Below, one piece after another: positions 1 to 12,237 of a stretch of DNA of 64,000 bases; within the stretch, counting starts at the first letter, position 1, and every line of letters begins with the position of its first letter. Under the pieces are notes generated by a model. That model saw only the letters and a program-made list of their open reading frames with translations, made no database searches and was not told where the DNA came from. The translations under genes were made by a program, and so were the position numbers. Source of the DNA: Eledone cirrhosa (taxonomy: Eukaryota); the NCBI GenBank assembly GCA_964016885.1, contig OZ024748.1, positions 32,798,001 through 32,862,000 on the forward strand, given 5' to 3'.

Positions 1-135
1 GAACAAAAAGGTGACGTGGTTGCCTTAACACCGTATGGCATAAATTCAGGCTGTTCAGTTTGTTTACAAACGAACAAAGCGGCGTTATAATAAGCGTCCG
101 CTAAACTGATGCGTGCATATATGTATGTGTACCTG

Positions 136-189
<54 letters not shown>

Positions 190-617
190 TACTACTGTAC
201 GTCTGTATACATATATGTATGTACGTATACATACATACTTACATTTAATTAAGTGCCATACTAAGAGTGAGAAATGAAATTTCGTTTTCATTTTTTTCAA
301 CTTATCGTTTTCGGTATGCCTGACCGATTTAACTCACTCATTATGCAAATTAGGCTGCTCAGCCGTTAATTTTCATAAGGAAAGTATATACTTTCGAACG
401 TTCAACTATCTGGCAGATGGGTAAACGGTGCTGATGATAGCTAACAAGCTTGAAACTAGTACATCGTTCCTGTGTCAGTGTTGAACAAAAAGGTGACGTG
501 GTTGCCTTAACACCGTATGGCATAAATTCAGGCTGTTCAGTTTGTTTACAAACGAACAAAGCGGCGTTATAATAAGCGTCCGCTAAACTGATGCGTGCAT
601 ATATGTATGTGTACCTG

Positions 618-663
<46 letters not shown>

Positions 664-1172
664 TACTACTGTACGTCTGTATACATATATGTATGTACGT
701 ATACATACATACTTACATTTAAGTAAGTGCCATACTAAGAGTGAGAAATGAAATTTCGTTTTCATTTTTTTCAACTTATCGTTTTCGGTATGCCTGACCG
801 ATTTAACTCACTCATTATGCAAATTAGGCTGCTCAGCCGTTAATTTTCATAAGGAAAGTATATACTTTCGAACGTTCAACTATCTGGCAGATGGGTAAAC
901 GGTGCTGATGATAGCTAACAAGCTTGAAACTAGTACATCGTTCCTGTGTCAGTGTTGAACAAAAAGGTGACGTGGTTGCCTTAACACCGTATGGCATAAA
1001 TTCAGGCTGTTCAGTTTGTTTACAAACGAACAAAGCGGCGTTATAATAAGCGTCCGCTAAACTGATGCGTGCATATATGTATGTGTACCTGTATGTATAT
1101 ATATATATATATATATGCATACTACTGTACGTCTGTATACATATATGTATGTACGTATACATACATACTTAC
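1..1172 (+). repeat. Tandem array of a ~474-482 bp hammerhead-containing unit (non-LTR retrozyme-like), each unit including a variable (TA)n tract
   Basis: gaacaaaaaggtgacgtgg recurs at 1, 483 and 957; units are near-identical; one type I HHR per unit; array continues upstream of the window. Confidence 0.85.
424..468 (+). ncRNA. Minimal type I hammerhead ribozyme (copies at 898-942 and 5114-5158)
   Basis: aacggtg CTGATGA t-agc-taacaa-gct-t GAAA ctag TA catcgtt: stem I aacggtg/catcgtt, palindromic stem III ctag, GUA triplet, predicted cut after 461. Confidence 0.9.
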
Positions 1173-1204
1173 ATATATATTTATATATATATATATATTT
1201 ATAT

Positions 1205-1641
1205 ATACTTGGGGAGGGTCATATTTGCGTAATATTGCCAGAATTAATAACAGAACACACTCACTGTTTGGTTGGTTTTCGCTTCTCGCTGTCTTTTATA
1301 TCTGCGATCTAACTTACTCGGTCCTCAATGTTGCCATTGACTGACCCACGGTCAAAAATAATACAGATACAATATAGACACAAACACATATATATAGTTT
1401 ACATAATTTACATAAATCTTTCGTTGCACATCTGCAACATCGTCAGTGGTGTTATATTCTTTATTCCTCCTGTTGTGTTGTATGTCTACGCCATTTTTTT
1501 TTATTCAGTCTGTCTATATATATATATTTATATATATATAAATGGCAATATTACGCAAATATGACCCTCCCCAAGTATAACAATATCTGTTTCGACACAC
1601 GATTTCATATAAAAAACCTCGCTAAACTAATTCATCGCCGC
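1205..1641 (-). mobile_element. Non-coding PLE pLTR fragment with ~35-bp inverted repeat (family also at 34735-35355)
   Basis: IR tacttggggagggtcatatttgcgtaatattgcca at ~1205 and its complement at ~1542; (TA)n on both sides; terminal block similar to that of the PLE at 2897-4555. Confidence 0.6.
1383..1453 (-). ncRNA. Hammerhead-like motif with weak stem I (copy on + at 35043-35113)
   Basis: Minus strand: aacacca CTGACGA t gttgca-gatg-tgcaac GAAA g...c TA tatatatgtgtt; core and stem II are clear, stem I is poorly paired next to the core. Confidence 0.5.
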
Positions 1642-1803
1642 TATATTTATATATATATATATTTATATATATATATAGGCGGAATATATGTACTTGAATT
1701 AAGGTATTTCTATCTGGCTAAAAAATTATTGTCATTTTGCAAAAAAAAACACATTAGTGTTGATCATTTCTTTTTAAATTGTACTATATTTATATATATA
1801 TAA

Positions 1804-1977
1804 GGGCGGTGGATTGGCAGTATCGGTAGAGGGTCGGACGCCATGCTTTGACGCATAGAGTTATGCCCCTTGCCATTCTGAGTTCAAATCCCGCCTTTCA
1901 TCCTTACGGGGTCGATAAAATAAAGTACCAGTAATGCACTGGGTAATTGCTGGCCTTGTGCCAAAAGTAGAAACAAC
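1804..1977 (+). mobile_element. tRNA-headed SINE
   Basis: A-box-like tggcagtatcggta, B-box gagttcaaatcc, central block cctttcatccttacggggtcgataaaataaagtaccag shared with the copy at 6587-6697. Confidence 0.75.
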
Positions 1978-1983
1978 TATATT

Positions 1984-2007
<24 letters not shown>

Positions 2008-2014
<7 letters not shown>

Positions 2015-2262
2015 TTATAAGCTTTCACCGTATTTTAGACTAAAGAATTTCTAAAGAAGAAGATGAGTGTTGCCGTACATGCTCCCATGTACGGCAACAC
2101 TCATCTTTTTCCATTTCTCCGAGGGTTATAAACTCCACTATCAGGCTAGAAATTTCTTTAGTCTAAAATACGGTGAAAGCTTATAATTTCTAATTTCTAA
2201 TTTTCAAACTCGCGCACCGTTTCAAAAACATACATACATGTTTACATTTATAATTTGCTTGT
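2008..2262. repeat. Fold-back element: ~45-bp inverted arms with a nested 22-bp perfect hairpin and a single-copy tail
   Basis: aaattataagctttcaccgtattttagactaaagaa pairs with ~2150-2190; inner hairpin aagatgagtgttgccgtacatg-ctcc-catgtacggcaacactcatctt; TA-flanked. Confidence 0.8.
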
Positions 2263-2280
2263 ATATATATATATATATTT

Positions 2281-2598
2281 ATAACAGATTAAAGTTTAAG
2301 CAAAGAATCGCTGCTTTCACCCTTAAGGGGTTCTTCTGAAACTAACAAAGTCAATCTGTAAACGCAGAACTGGCGCGTAATTGTTTTTCACCGCTCCTAT
2401 TAATGACGTATTATTCGTTTTTTCCCGTTCTTTGCCAGCGAACATTTCCACGAACCAAAGTATCGTCTTCCTGTCTTCCTCCGGTTATAACGTTTTTTGA
2501 AATATTCAGTTCTGCGTTTACAGATTGACTTTGTTAGTTTCAGAAGATCCCGTTAAGGGTGAAAGCAGCGATTCTTTGCTTAAACTTTAATCTGTTAT
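2281..2598. repeat. ~92-bp inverted repeat element; each arm carries a hammerhead-like fold with a CAGAAGA core
   Basis: 2281-2372 is the reverse complement of ~2507-2598; right arm agttt CAGAAGA tccc-gttaa-gggt GAAA gca...tgc TT aaact. Confidence 0.75.
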
Positions 2599-2705
2599 TT
2601 AATAAATATTTGCTCTACGGTTCTTATATATTTGATATATATTTATCCTTATCGAGCCCTCTTTGGATTTTAGTCTTCAAGTTTATTATTATTACTATAT
2701 ATATT

Positions 2706-2740
<35 letters not shown>

Positions 2741-2751
2741 TTATATATATA

Positions 2752-2835
<84 letters not shown>

Positions 2836-2861
2836 TATATATATAAATATATATATATATT

Positions 2862-2900
<39 letters not shown>

Positions 2901-3058
2901 ATACTTTGTGGGGGTCATGTTGCCAATAAGAAACACACGCACCAGTTGCTTTCACTTCAATTTATTATATATTTATAAATTTATAAATTTACAAATCTAC
3001 AAACTTATAAATTTCTGGTTGGTTGGTTGGTTCCACAACCAGATAGTTGTTTATATAT

Positions 3059-3103
3059 AGTCATAGTCCTTTCGTCACACACTCTGTGACCTCTTCAGTG
3101 ACT
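3059..3103 (-). ncRNA. Minimal type I hammerhead in the PLE pLTR (mutant copy on + at 4289-4333)
   Basis: agtca CTGAAGA g gtcaca-gagtg-tgtgac GAAA ggac TA tgact; the + copy reads CTAAAGA (G5A). Confidence 0.85.
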
Positions 3104-3338
3104 GGGGATTCCTTTCTTTGTTTCTGTGCCTTTCCTTTCTTCTATCCTACGCCATTTTGTTTCTGTGTGTGTGTTGTGTGCTCAGTTTACGCATGCGCCA
3201 CATCCGGGTGTCTGTGTGTGTTTGTGTTCATTTATCTATTTGTTTATTTATTTATTTATTTATTGTTGGTTGGTTGTTTGTTCTATGTGTGTGTGTGTTT
3301 TCATTATGTCCTTAATTGTAAGTTGTGATGTTGCTGTT

Positions 3339-3850
3339 TCACTCATATTTTCTATTTAATTTTGGTTGTAATTCTTTTATGCTTACTGCCTCTGTAATTT
3401 GCCTAAACATTGCATCTTTTCTGTGTGTGGATTCTATTTTTATTTCTATGTTCTCTAATCTACGCCTGTGCTCTATCTTAGCATGTTGGTAGAGCACAGA
3501 TGATTCTTTATTATCTTGAAGGTCTCGCCAGTGTTCATTTATTTGTTCCCCTATACTACGAGCTGTCTCACCTATGTACACTATATTTTTGTTTCTACAT
3601 TGTCCTTCGGTACATCTTATGCTACACACTACATTTCTAGTTTTACAGTTAATATGGGGGCTTATTTTACAGGTTATACATTTCTTATCTATACATGAGG
3701 GTCTTTGGAACGGGTATGTCTTGCTAATAAGTGTTTTTACGGAGGAACCTGGTCTTTCTAATATCTTAATATTGAGTTTATGTTTATTTAGGGCCCTTCT
3801 AAATTTGTAGGCTAGTTCGCCTCTAGGGGTTGTATTGATGAACATTACAC
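3339..3850 (-). pseudogene. PLE C-terminal Cys-knuckle + GIY-YIG endonuclease fragment
   Basis: CIDKKCITC...CKTRNVVCSIRC...VYIGETARS...EH...RQITEAVSI...LNRKYE; 5'-truncated at the inversion junction. Confidence 0.85.
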
Positions 3851-4553
3851 TGATGAACACTGGCGAGACCTTCAAGATAATAAAGAATCATCTGTGCTCT
3901 ACCAACATGCTAAGATAGAGCACAGGGGTAGATAAGAGAACATAGAAATAAAAATAGAATCCACACACAGAAAAGATGCAATGTTTAGGCAAATTACAGA
4001 GGCAGTAAGCATAAAAGAATTACAACCAAAATTAAATAGAAAATATGAGTGAAACAGCAACATCACAACTTACAATTAAGGACAAAATGAAAACACACAC
4101 ACACATAGAACAAACAACCAACCAACAATAAATAAATAAATAAATAAACAAATAGATAAATGAACACAAACACACACAGACACCCGGATGTGGCACATGC
4201 GCAAACTGAGCACACAACACACACACAGAAACAAAATGGCGTAGGATAGAAGAAAGGAAAGGCACAGAAACAAAGAAAGGAATCCCAGAGTCACTAAAGA
4301 GGTCACAGAGTGTGTGACGAAAGGACTATGACTATATATAAACAACTATCTGGTTGTGGAACCAACCAACCAACCAGAAATTTATAAGTTTGTAGATTTG
4401 TAAATTTATAAATTTATAAATATATAATAAATTGAAGTGAAAGCAACTGGTGCGTGTGTTTCTTATTGGCAACATGACCCTCCCAAAGTATAAAAATATC
4501 GGTTTCAACACACGATTTCAGATAAAGAATCTTGCTAAACAAATTCAGAAACG

Positions 4554-4731
<178 letters not shown>

Positions 4732-4762
4732 ACATATATATATATTTATATATATATATATT

Positions 4763-5448
<686 letters not shown>

Positions 5449-5472
5449 TAAATATATATATATATATATATA

Positions 5473-5664
5473 TAGGAACAAGTAAGACCCCGACGGCTGA
5501 GCTCAAGCCGTTTCGACGGCTAATTGAGTACAGAATTAGCCGTCGAAACGGCTTGTGCTCAGCCGTCGGGGTCTTACTTGTTCCTATTACCCACTCTACT
5601 ACCCTAAGTATTGAGTACTTTGGTGCGTTATGGTCCACCTGTTTCCTTACCACATTTCCTTCGT

Positions 5665-5667
<3 letters not shown>
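5473..5667 (+). repeat. ~115-bp near-perfect palindrome plus ~80-bp tail (second copy, opposite orientation, at 8242-8438)
   Basis: taggaacaagtaagaccccgacggc...gccgtcggggtcttacttgttccta; both copies TA-flanked. Confidence 0.9.
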
Positions 5668-5702
<35 letters not shown>

Positions 5703-6357
5703 AATACAAATAAATAATCGAGAATCGGAATCTCAGCCCACGAAATCACGAAACACAATCTTCGAAATGTGTGGCAAAGGGCCCAATAGTTTGGATAAAC
5801 CAGAGCTATAACTATTGTTTAAATACCAACACATAGAGACAATGCTTAAAATCATTCGCACAGCCGAAAAAATGACCAGGAAAATTCGGGTCACACAAAT
5901 AATGAATTAATAAATTAATAAATTAAATGAATGTCAAATATTACCCGGACCCGCTAGAAGGATGTTAAATTCTAGCTTTATGGGTTTCTGTAGTTCCTTT
6001 GTGAATTACCGTCAGCCCACATAAAAAATATATCTGACTTCTGGTAAAGAGACGAACGAGGAAACTACTTTCTCAGCAGGCATTTCGTTCAAAAATATAG
6101 AGACACCCGACCCGTTACTAAACGCACATGGAGTCCAGCAAGGGAGGGAACCCTATATTAGGCAAATGAATTCAGTAATGTGTATATTTTTGTAAAAATA
6201 CAAAATATCACATATCGAATTAGTGTTCTCAACAGACGTGTTAAAATTAACAAGAGCTATTCATCAGTCAATAAGATTAACTAAAAAATCAATAAAATTA
6301 ACTGGTTAATAGCTAAAGACTGGAGATAAATACAAATAAATATATATATATATATAT

Positions 6358-7770
6358 ATAAAATTTCAGGTTATCAATAATGTAGTGATAATATATCGTC
6401 ACGTTAGAGATGAACAGCGTACGTGTAGGTTTGCTCAACGAGTATAAATTATATTCCGGAGAAAATGTAGAAAAGATGAATATAATATGAAAGTGCTTTT
6501 TTTTTAAAAGGAATTTATTAGGTATTGACATATGTTTCTGTAACAGACGGAATACCTATGTATCGCTGCTTGCGTAATCATATAATTGTTTCTACTTTTA
6601 GGCACAAGGCCAGCAATTAACCAGTGCATTACTGGTACTTTATTTTATCGACCCCGTAAGGATGAAAGGCAAAGTCAACGTCGGCGGGATTTGAACTCTG
6701 CTTGCGTAATCATATAATGTTACCAAGCATTCGATAGCAAATGTATAATCAGTTGTCACTTCTTCAGAGATATTGGATAAATTGGAAAAAATCAGAAAAA
6801 TTGAAGTATTTATATTAGTTGTAATAAAGGATGAAGAGAGGGGATAGTATATGACAGATGGCAATTCAATTTACTGGTAAACAAGTATATAAAGGGTTTC
6901 TAATGAGAATACAATAAGTATATGGTTTATTTTATCTAAATAAGAATTTTTGGTAGTGCCTATTTTAATCTATACTTGACCAATTGAACAATGGACAGGG
7001 CTGGTCGTTTGGTGTAGTAGTATTAATTATAAAGTGTCAATTAAGGAAGAGGGAGATTTTCACTGCTACTGAATAACAACAATGCTGGTAGCCTGCTGGT
7101 ATATGCATTAGGAAATTAAATTAAGAAATCTCATTTTATCTATAGCAGTTTATATTAAATGGTAAAGAATAGAAGAGTTGATAGAATTAAGACTAATAAA
7201 TAGAGAATGTTAATATGTATTTTGACAATCAAACGGAGATGGAGACAGGCGTTCAATCCTGGTAGTGTTTGTAATATGAAAATGTAGATTTTAAGTGATG
7301 GTTACAGTATAACGATCGCTCTATTCTGTTATTTAATAAAATATTTTTGGATTTCATAATACAAAATAATTCCATATTACACAATTTACAAAATTCTTGT
7401 CCGTGGATATGGAGGGGCAGACGCAATTGTATCTCATTTTAGGTTAAATTGTTGGTTATTTTCGCGCAGCTGCCAAGCCTTGTCTGCGAGTGTTGTTACA
7501 TAACGCTGGTTTTCATGTTTTATCGAGTAACGATGTCTCTTCTTCCTTTATTACAACTAATATAAATACTTCAGTTTTTCTGATTTTTTCCAATTTATCC
7601 AATATCTCTGAAGAAGTGACAACTGATTATACATTTGCTATCGAATGCTTGCTAACATTATATGATTACGCAAGCAGCGATACATAGGTACTCCGTCTGT
7701 TACAGAAACATATGTCAATACCTAATAAATTCCTTTTTAAAAAAAGCACTTTCATTTTATATTCATCTTT
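6358..7770 (-). mobile_element. Degenerate Naiad-like PLE 3' end with an inverted pLTR segment (~7537-7770, +)
   Basis: Minus strand ~7286-7400 translates CKLCNMELFCIMKSKNILLNNRIERSLYCNHHLKSTF, matching the C-terminus of the element at 10009; UTR also present at 57790-58416 and 63430-64000. Confidence 0.7.
6587..6697 (-). mobile_element. 5'-truncated SINE inserted in the PLE 3' UTR with a ~21-bp target-site duplication
   Basis: Same family as 1804-1977; ctgcttgcgtaatcatataat at 6566-6586 and 6698-6718. Confidence 0.85.
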
Positions 7771-7781
7771 TATATATATAT

Positions 7782-8242
<461 letters not shown>

Positions 8243-8490
8243 ACGAAGGAAATGTGGTAAGGAACCAGGTGGACCATAACGCACCAAAGTACTCAATACT
8301 TAGGGTAGTAGAGTGGGTAATAGGAACGTGTAAGACCACGACGGCTGAGCTCAAGCCGTTTCGACGGCTAATTCTGGACGTCCAGAATTAGCCGTCGAAA
8401 CGGCTTGAGCTCAGCCGTCGGGGTCTTACTCGTTCCTATATATATTTATATATATAAATATATTTATATATATATATACATATATATAAA

Positions 8491-8521
<31 letters not shown>

Positions 8522-8710
8522 ATATATATAAATGTATATATGTATATATATATATATAAATATTTATATATATATATATGCAAAAGTTTTATTTAAGATT
8601 GTTGGGTTACAACGAGTAAATATTTTATAACTGATATAAAAGCACTCAACAGTTTCTGGAGTAGGTTTACGATATTAAACAAATGGAAACTATATTTATA
8701 AAACCATATT

Positions 8711-8776
8711 TATTTCGTTATATATATTTCTGGGATATCATATTAAAAATATGGTATGCCTTCCTCAGACAAAATA
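8711..8776 (-). ncRNA. Type I hammerhead of the Naiad-like pLTR (also - strand 12418-12483, 24964-25029, 27873-27938; + strand 15762-15827, 16773-16838, 28105-28170)
   Basis: tattttgt CTGAGGA aggcataccatatt-ttt-aatatgatatccca GAAA tatata TA acgaaata; N7 varies G/C/A among copies while stem I pairing is kept (tattttat/atgaaata). Confidence 0.88.
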
Positions 8777-10008
8777 CAATACATAAGCTGTTTTATAAAT
8801 AATTAGTGACATACCTTGTAATAATGCAACTTCCATTTAAAAAGTTGATTTGTTAGTGAAACTGTTATGACAGTTATATAGAAAGAAAAACGAAGATGAG
8901 AAGAAGAAGATGAAGAGATGTATGTAAATAAAAAAAAGAAGAAGATGAAGAGATGTATGTAAAGAAAAACAACGGAGCGAGATAGAGAAACAAGGAGATA
9001 TGATAGAGAGAAATACATTGAGGAGGTGAAAAAATATAGTAGGCTGCCTTTGGACAGATGATCATCGTATATGTGAGAGGTTAAGGGAAGGGATACAGTT
9101 AAACTAGTGTATAGGAGAAAAAGAAAGAAAGATGATATATTTAAAATATATTAAAAATATATTATGTCTCATCCATTTGAATTATCAATTTTTATGAATT
9201 AGGTATTACAATGTAAATATCAGTATTCATGAATGAGACACATATCCATAATGTGTGAAAAAATGACCACATGCTCAGTTTAAAAATTCTTAGGTCTATA
9301 AGCAAAATCTGAGATAAAACTTCAAACATAAGTATATATGCATTCTCATGAAAAAAAAGAGAAAAGAGAAGGTTATCTCAAATTCAAGTTGATAAATATA
9401 GACGCACATGTGAACCTACGTGATACGCTGCACAGATTCTTATATTTCATGAAAAACTTCAATGCGTTACAAAAGATTCCACCCTACATACACTTACATA
9501 CATATATACACTTACTTACATATATATAGACATAAAATATATAAGATATACATTAACATCTAAAATAACATTTCAGCCTCACTTGCATGATCATCGATCA
9601 AGCATAGAGTAGACAACAGATATCAATATTAAAATTAAAAACGCCAAGAATATCTTCGTCACTCCACAGAGTATCTAGGGACGCAAGAGAACATATTATG
9701 CCCCGCATATCGGTCACATAGAATCAGAATCAAAAGCAAACAAAACCAAAATTGTTCACCAAGCCTTATTTAGCAGAAATCATTCAAAACTTATTCTACA
9801 AATGCTCTTATATTTATTATAGAAGTTTATCCAGCTTAAAAATTTATTCAAAAGATTGGGAACAACGCCAATTTTAGGGTAGTTTATTTAATCTCATTAA
9901 TTATATATTCATGCAGAAAGGTTTAAAAAAAAATTGAAGGAATCGAAAGATTTATCGCCAAGTTTCATAAATAGTCAAATACCTTAAGTAAATATACTAC
10001 ATTTTATA

Positions 10009-12237
10009 CTACATTTTAAATTTATATTTATATTTAAATGTTGAGTTCAATCTATGTCTGCAACAGCTGAATAAATTGGTTCGTAAATTAAGGGAATTTT
10101 TAGATTTTAGTATAAAGAATATCTCCTCCGCGCAGAGGTCACATGTCTCAGAAGAGGAATTAAAAGGAATCCCTTTTGAGACTATATTCCAAACCATCGA
10201 ATATCCAACTTTATCATGCTTAAGTTACCAGAGTAACCCTGACAGCGATGTTGAGGATTTTTTATTTGGATCCGTGAAAGAATGTTTGTGATTATTATAG
10301 CGAAGTTTAAATTCTGTCGAGGTGGAACCAACATAATGAAAAGAATTTAAATCAGTTCTAACATTACAGTTGTATATTATATTTTTAACTAAGCAATTGT
10401 TATTTAGCGGACATTTAGATCTATCTCTACAGTTACAGTTTTTTAGTTGAATATTGTTTAGGCTACTTTCGGTATTTTGGCTAGGTTTTAGATTCCTATT
10501 ATTTATTCTATTAATATTTTGTGCTAAATTTTTGGTGGACGAGTACGTTAATTTTATAATATGTCTATTAAAAATTGAGTGATACTTATGTGTTCTAGGG
10601 AAGCGTTTGTCAAGAGCATTAAAAAATAGTTTAGCGATGTGGGTTTTAATGTTTAGTGAGAAAGGGGGGGGGGGGGCAAACCATATTATATTTCTAGTTC
10701 TATTTCTTTTCTGGTTTTTGAAATTATTGTAGTGCTTTCTATTATAGTTGTTAAAGTTGTTACTGTAATTAAAATTGTTGTTATTTTGGTTAGTTTGTCT
10801 ATTATCGATGTACATAATGTTATCACTATATCCTGCTCTAGCTAAAGCTTCATTATAATACTGGGCTTTTTCGTCAAAAATATTTTTATTGGAAGAGATT
10901 CTAGAGATACGTTTTTGAACAGAGTTCACTATAGTATTTTTGACAGATCTGGGGTGATTGGAGCTAAAATTGACATAATTCAAGTTTTTATTTAACTTGT
11001 GAAATGGATAGTGAAGACATGTGTTGAGATTAAATGTTACGTCTAGGAAATTGACTATTCTATGGTTATTCTCAATTTCTATTTTAAGATTAAGGTAATT
11101 AAAAAATTGTATAATTTGTTTTCTTTTCTTATTTAGTTCAGAGTTATTATTTTCAATAAGTAAAAGCATGTCATCTCTATATAAACCACCGGTAACACCG
11201 GGTATTTTCCTATGCAGCGAATTAATTATAAATAGGCCCACAAGGTCCGTTACCTGAGCTGAGTCTGATGATCCCATAGTAATGTCAAAATTATTATCTC
11301 TATCTGCCCTAGTCCATAGTTGGTTATTAAATTCTATCAAAGTTTTCCTTGCCGATAATATAATGTGCATTTCATTGCTAGTTAGGTCTGTATGCTTGAA
11401 TGCGTAATTTAGTGCCTTATTAAGTAGATTAGGGGTAATGGATGAATAGTAGTTAGCAATATCTAGTTGAATACATTTATTATTATTATTATATTTAATT
11501 TCATTAAACCACTCAATGACCACCCCAGTTCCCTTCCACAAGGTCAAGCCAGGTAAACAATTCAAGTCCTTAATTTGCTGTATCACTCTGTCTAGAATGT
11601 TCTTGCTAAGTTTACCCAGGTCAGATTTTGATGGTGCAATCAACCTGACTGGCAAGTCATTTTCAAAATTTCTCTTGTGATCTTTCATATTGATCTTGGG
11701 TTTCCTAGGCACGAAAGGTTGTGTTTTGTTCTCAATTTCCAACTCATGCATTATACATGATGCCTCAACATTCATTTTCTCAAGTTCAGCCTTATCTGCT
11801 ACCTTGTACTTTTTCCTTAGTTCTTTCAGTATGAGGCCATTATACATGTCTTTTTCCACTCCATAGAGGTTGTTGGTTTTGTCCGATTTCACCAAGATCT
11901 CTGTTCTCTCTAAGCTCGCAATGTTATCCTTAATGCCTTTCAGATATTCCTGGCCATTGAAGGTTCTCTTGAATCTGACTCCTTGTATGATAGAAATTAT
12001 ATCGTTTTCAAAATCATTCAAAAGTTTGTTGGGGGGTGGATTTTTTTTAGATTTGAAGACTCTGTCTAGGTCTGAGACATTTTCGTTTACGTTAGATTTA
12101 GATTTATCAAAGTGGAATGCACGCCACCTGATTCTCCTTATAAAGGAGTCTGATTTATCTATTAGTTGTTTAATAAAGTCCTTGTTTCTAGGTAGAGGTA
12201 TGTCTTTTAGAGAAGAAGAGATCTTAAAGAATTCCAT
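10009..12237 (-). CDS. PLE reverse transcriptase + C-terminal GIY-YIG endonuclease (~742 codons, one premature TAA at 10225)
   Basis: DKT motif, QLDIANYYSSI, MGSSDSAQVTDLVG, GLYRDD, VNFLDVT, CNC..CPL..CL, IIY...YVGST...FKLRYNNH, then in the same frame CDLC...LN.R...CCRH; other copies have CAA (Gln) at the stop. Confidence 0.9.

Noticed and set aside
1804-1895. tRNA gene
   Set aside because: A/B boxes are present but there is no cloverleaf, and the sequence continues into a SINE body.
5710-6335. TA-flanked unique segment with CTGATGA on the minus strand (~6261-6267)
   Set aside because: No matching GAAA/stem III/stem I could be built and there is no protein motif; left unassigned.
10225-10227. 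In-frame stop in the Naiad-like ORF as possible selenocysteine recoding (known for some Naiads)
   Set aside because: The codon is TAA, not TGA, and sister copies have CAA; it is an ordinary nonsense mutation. No SECIS element was recognised.
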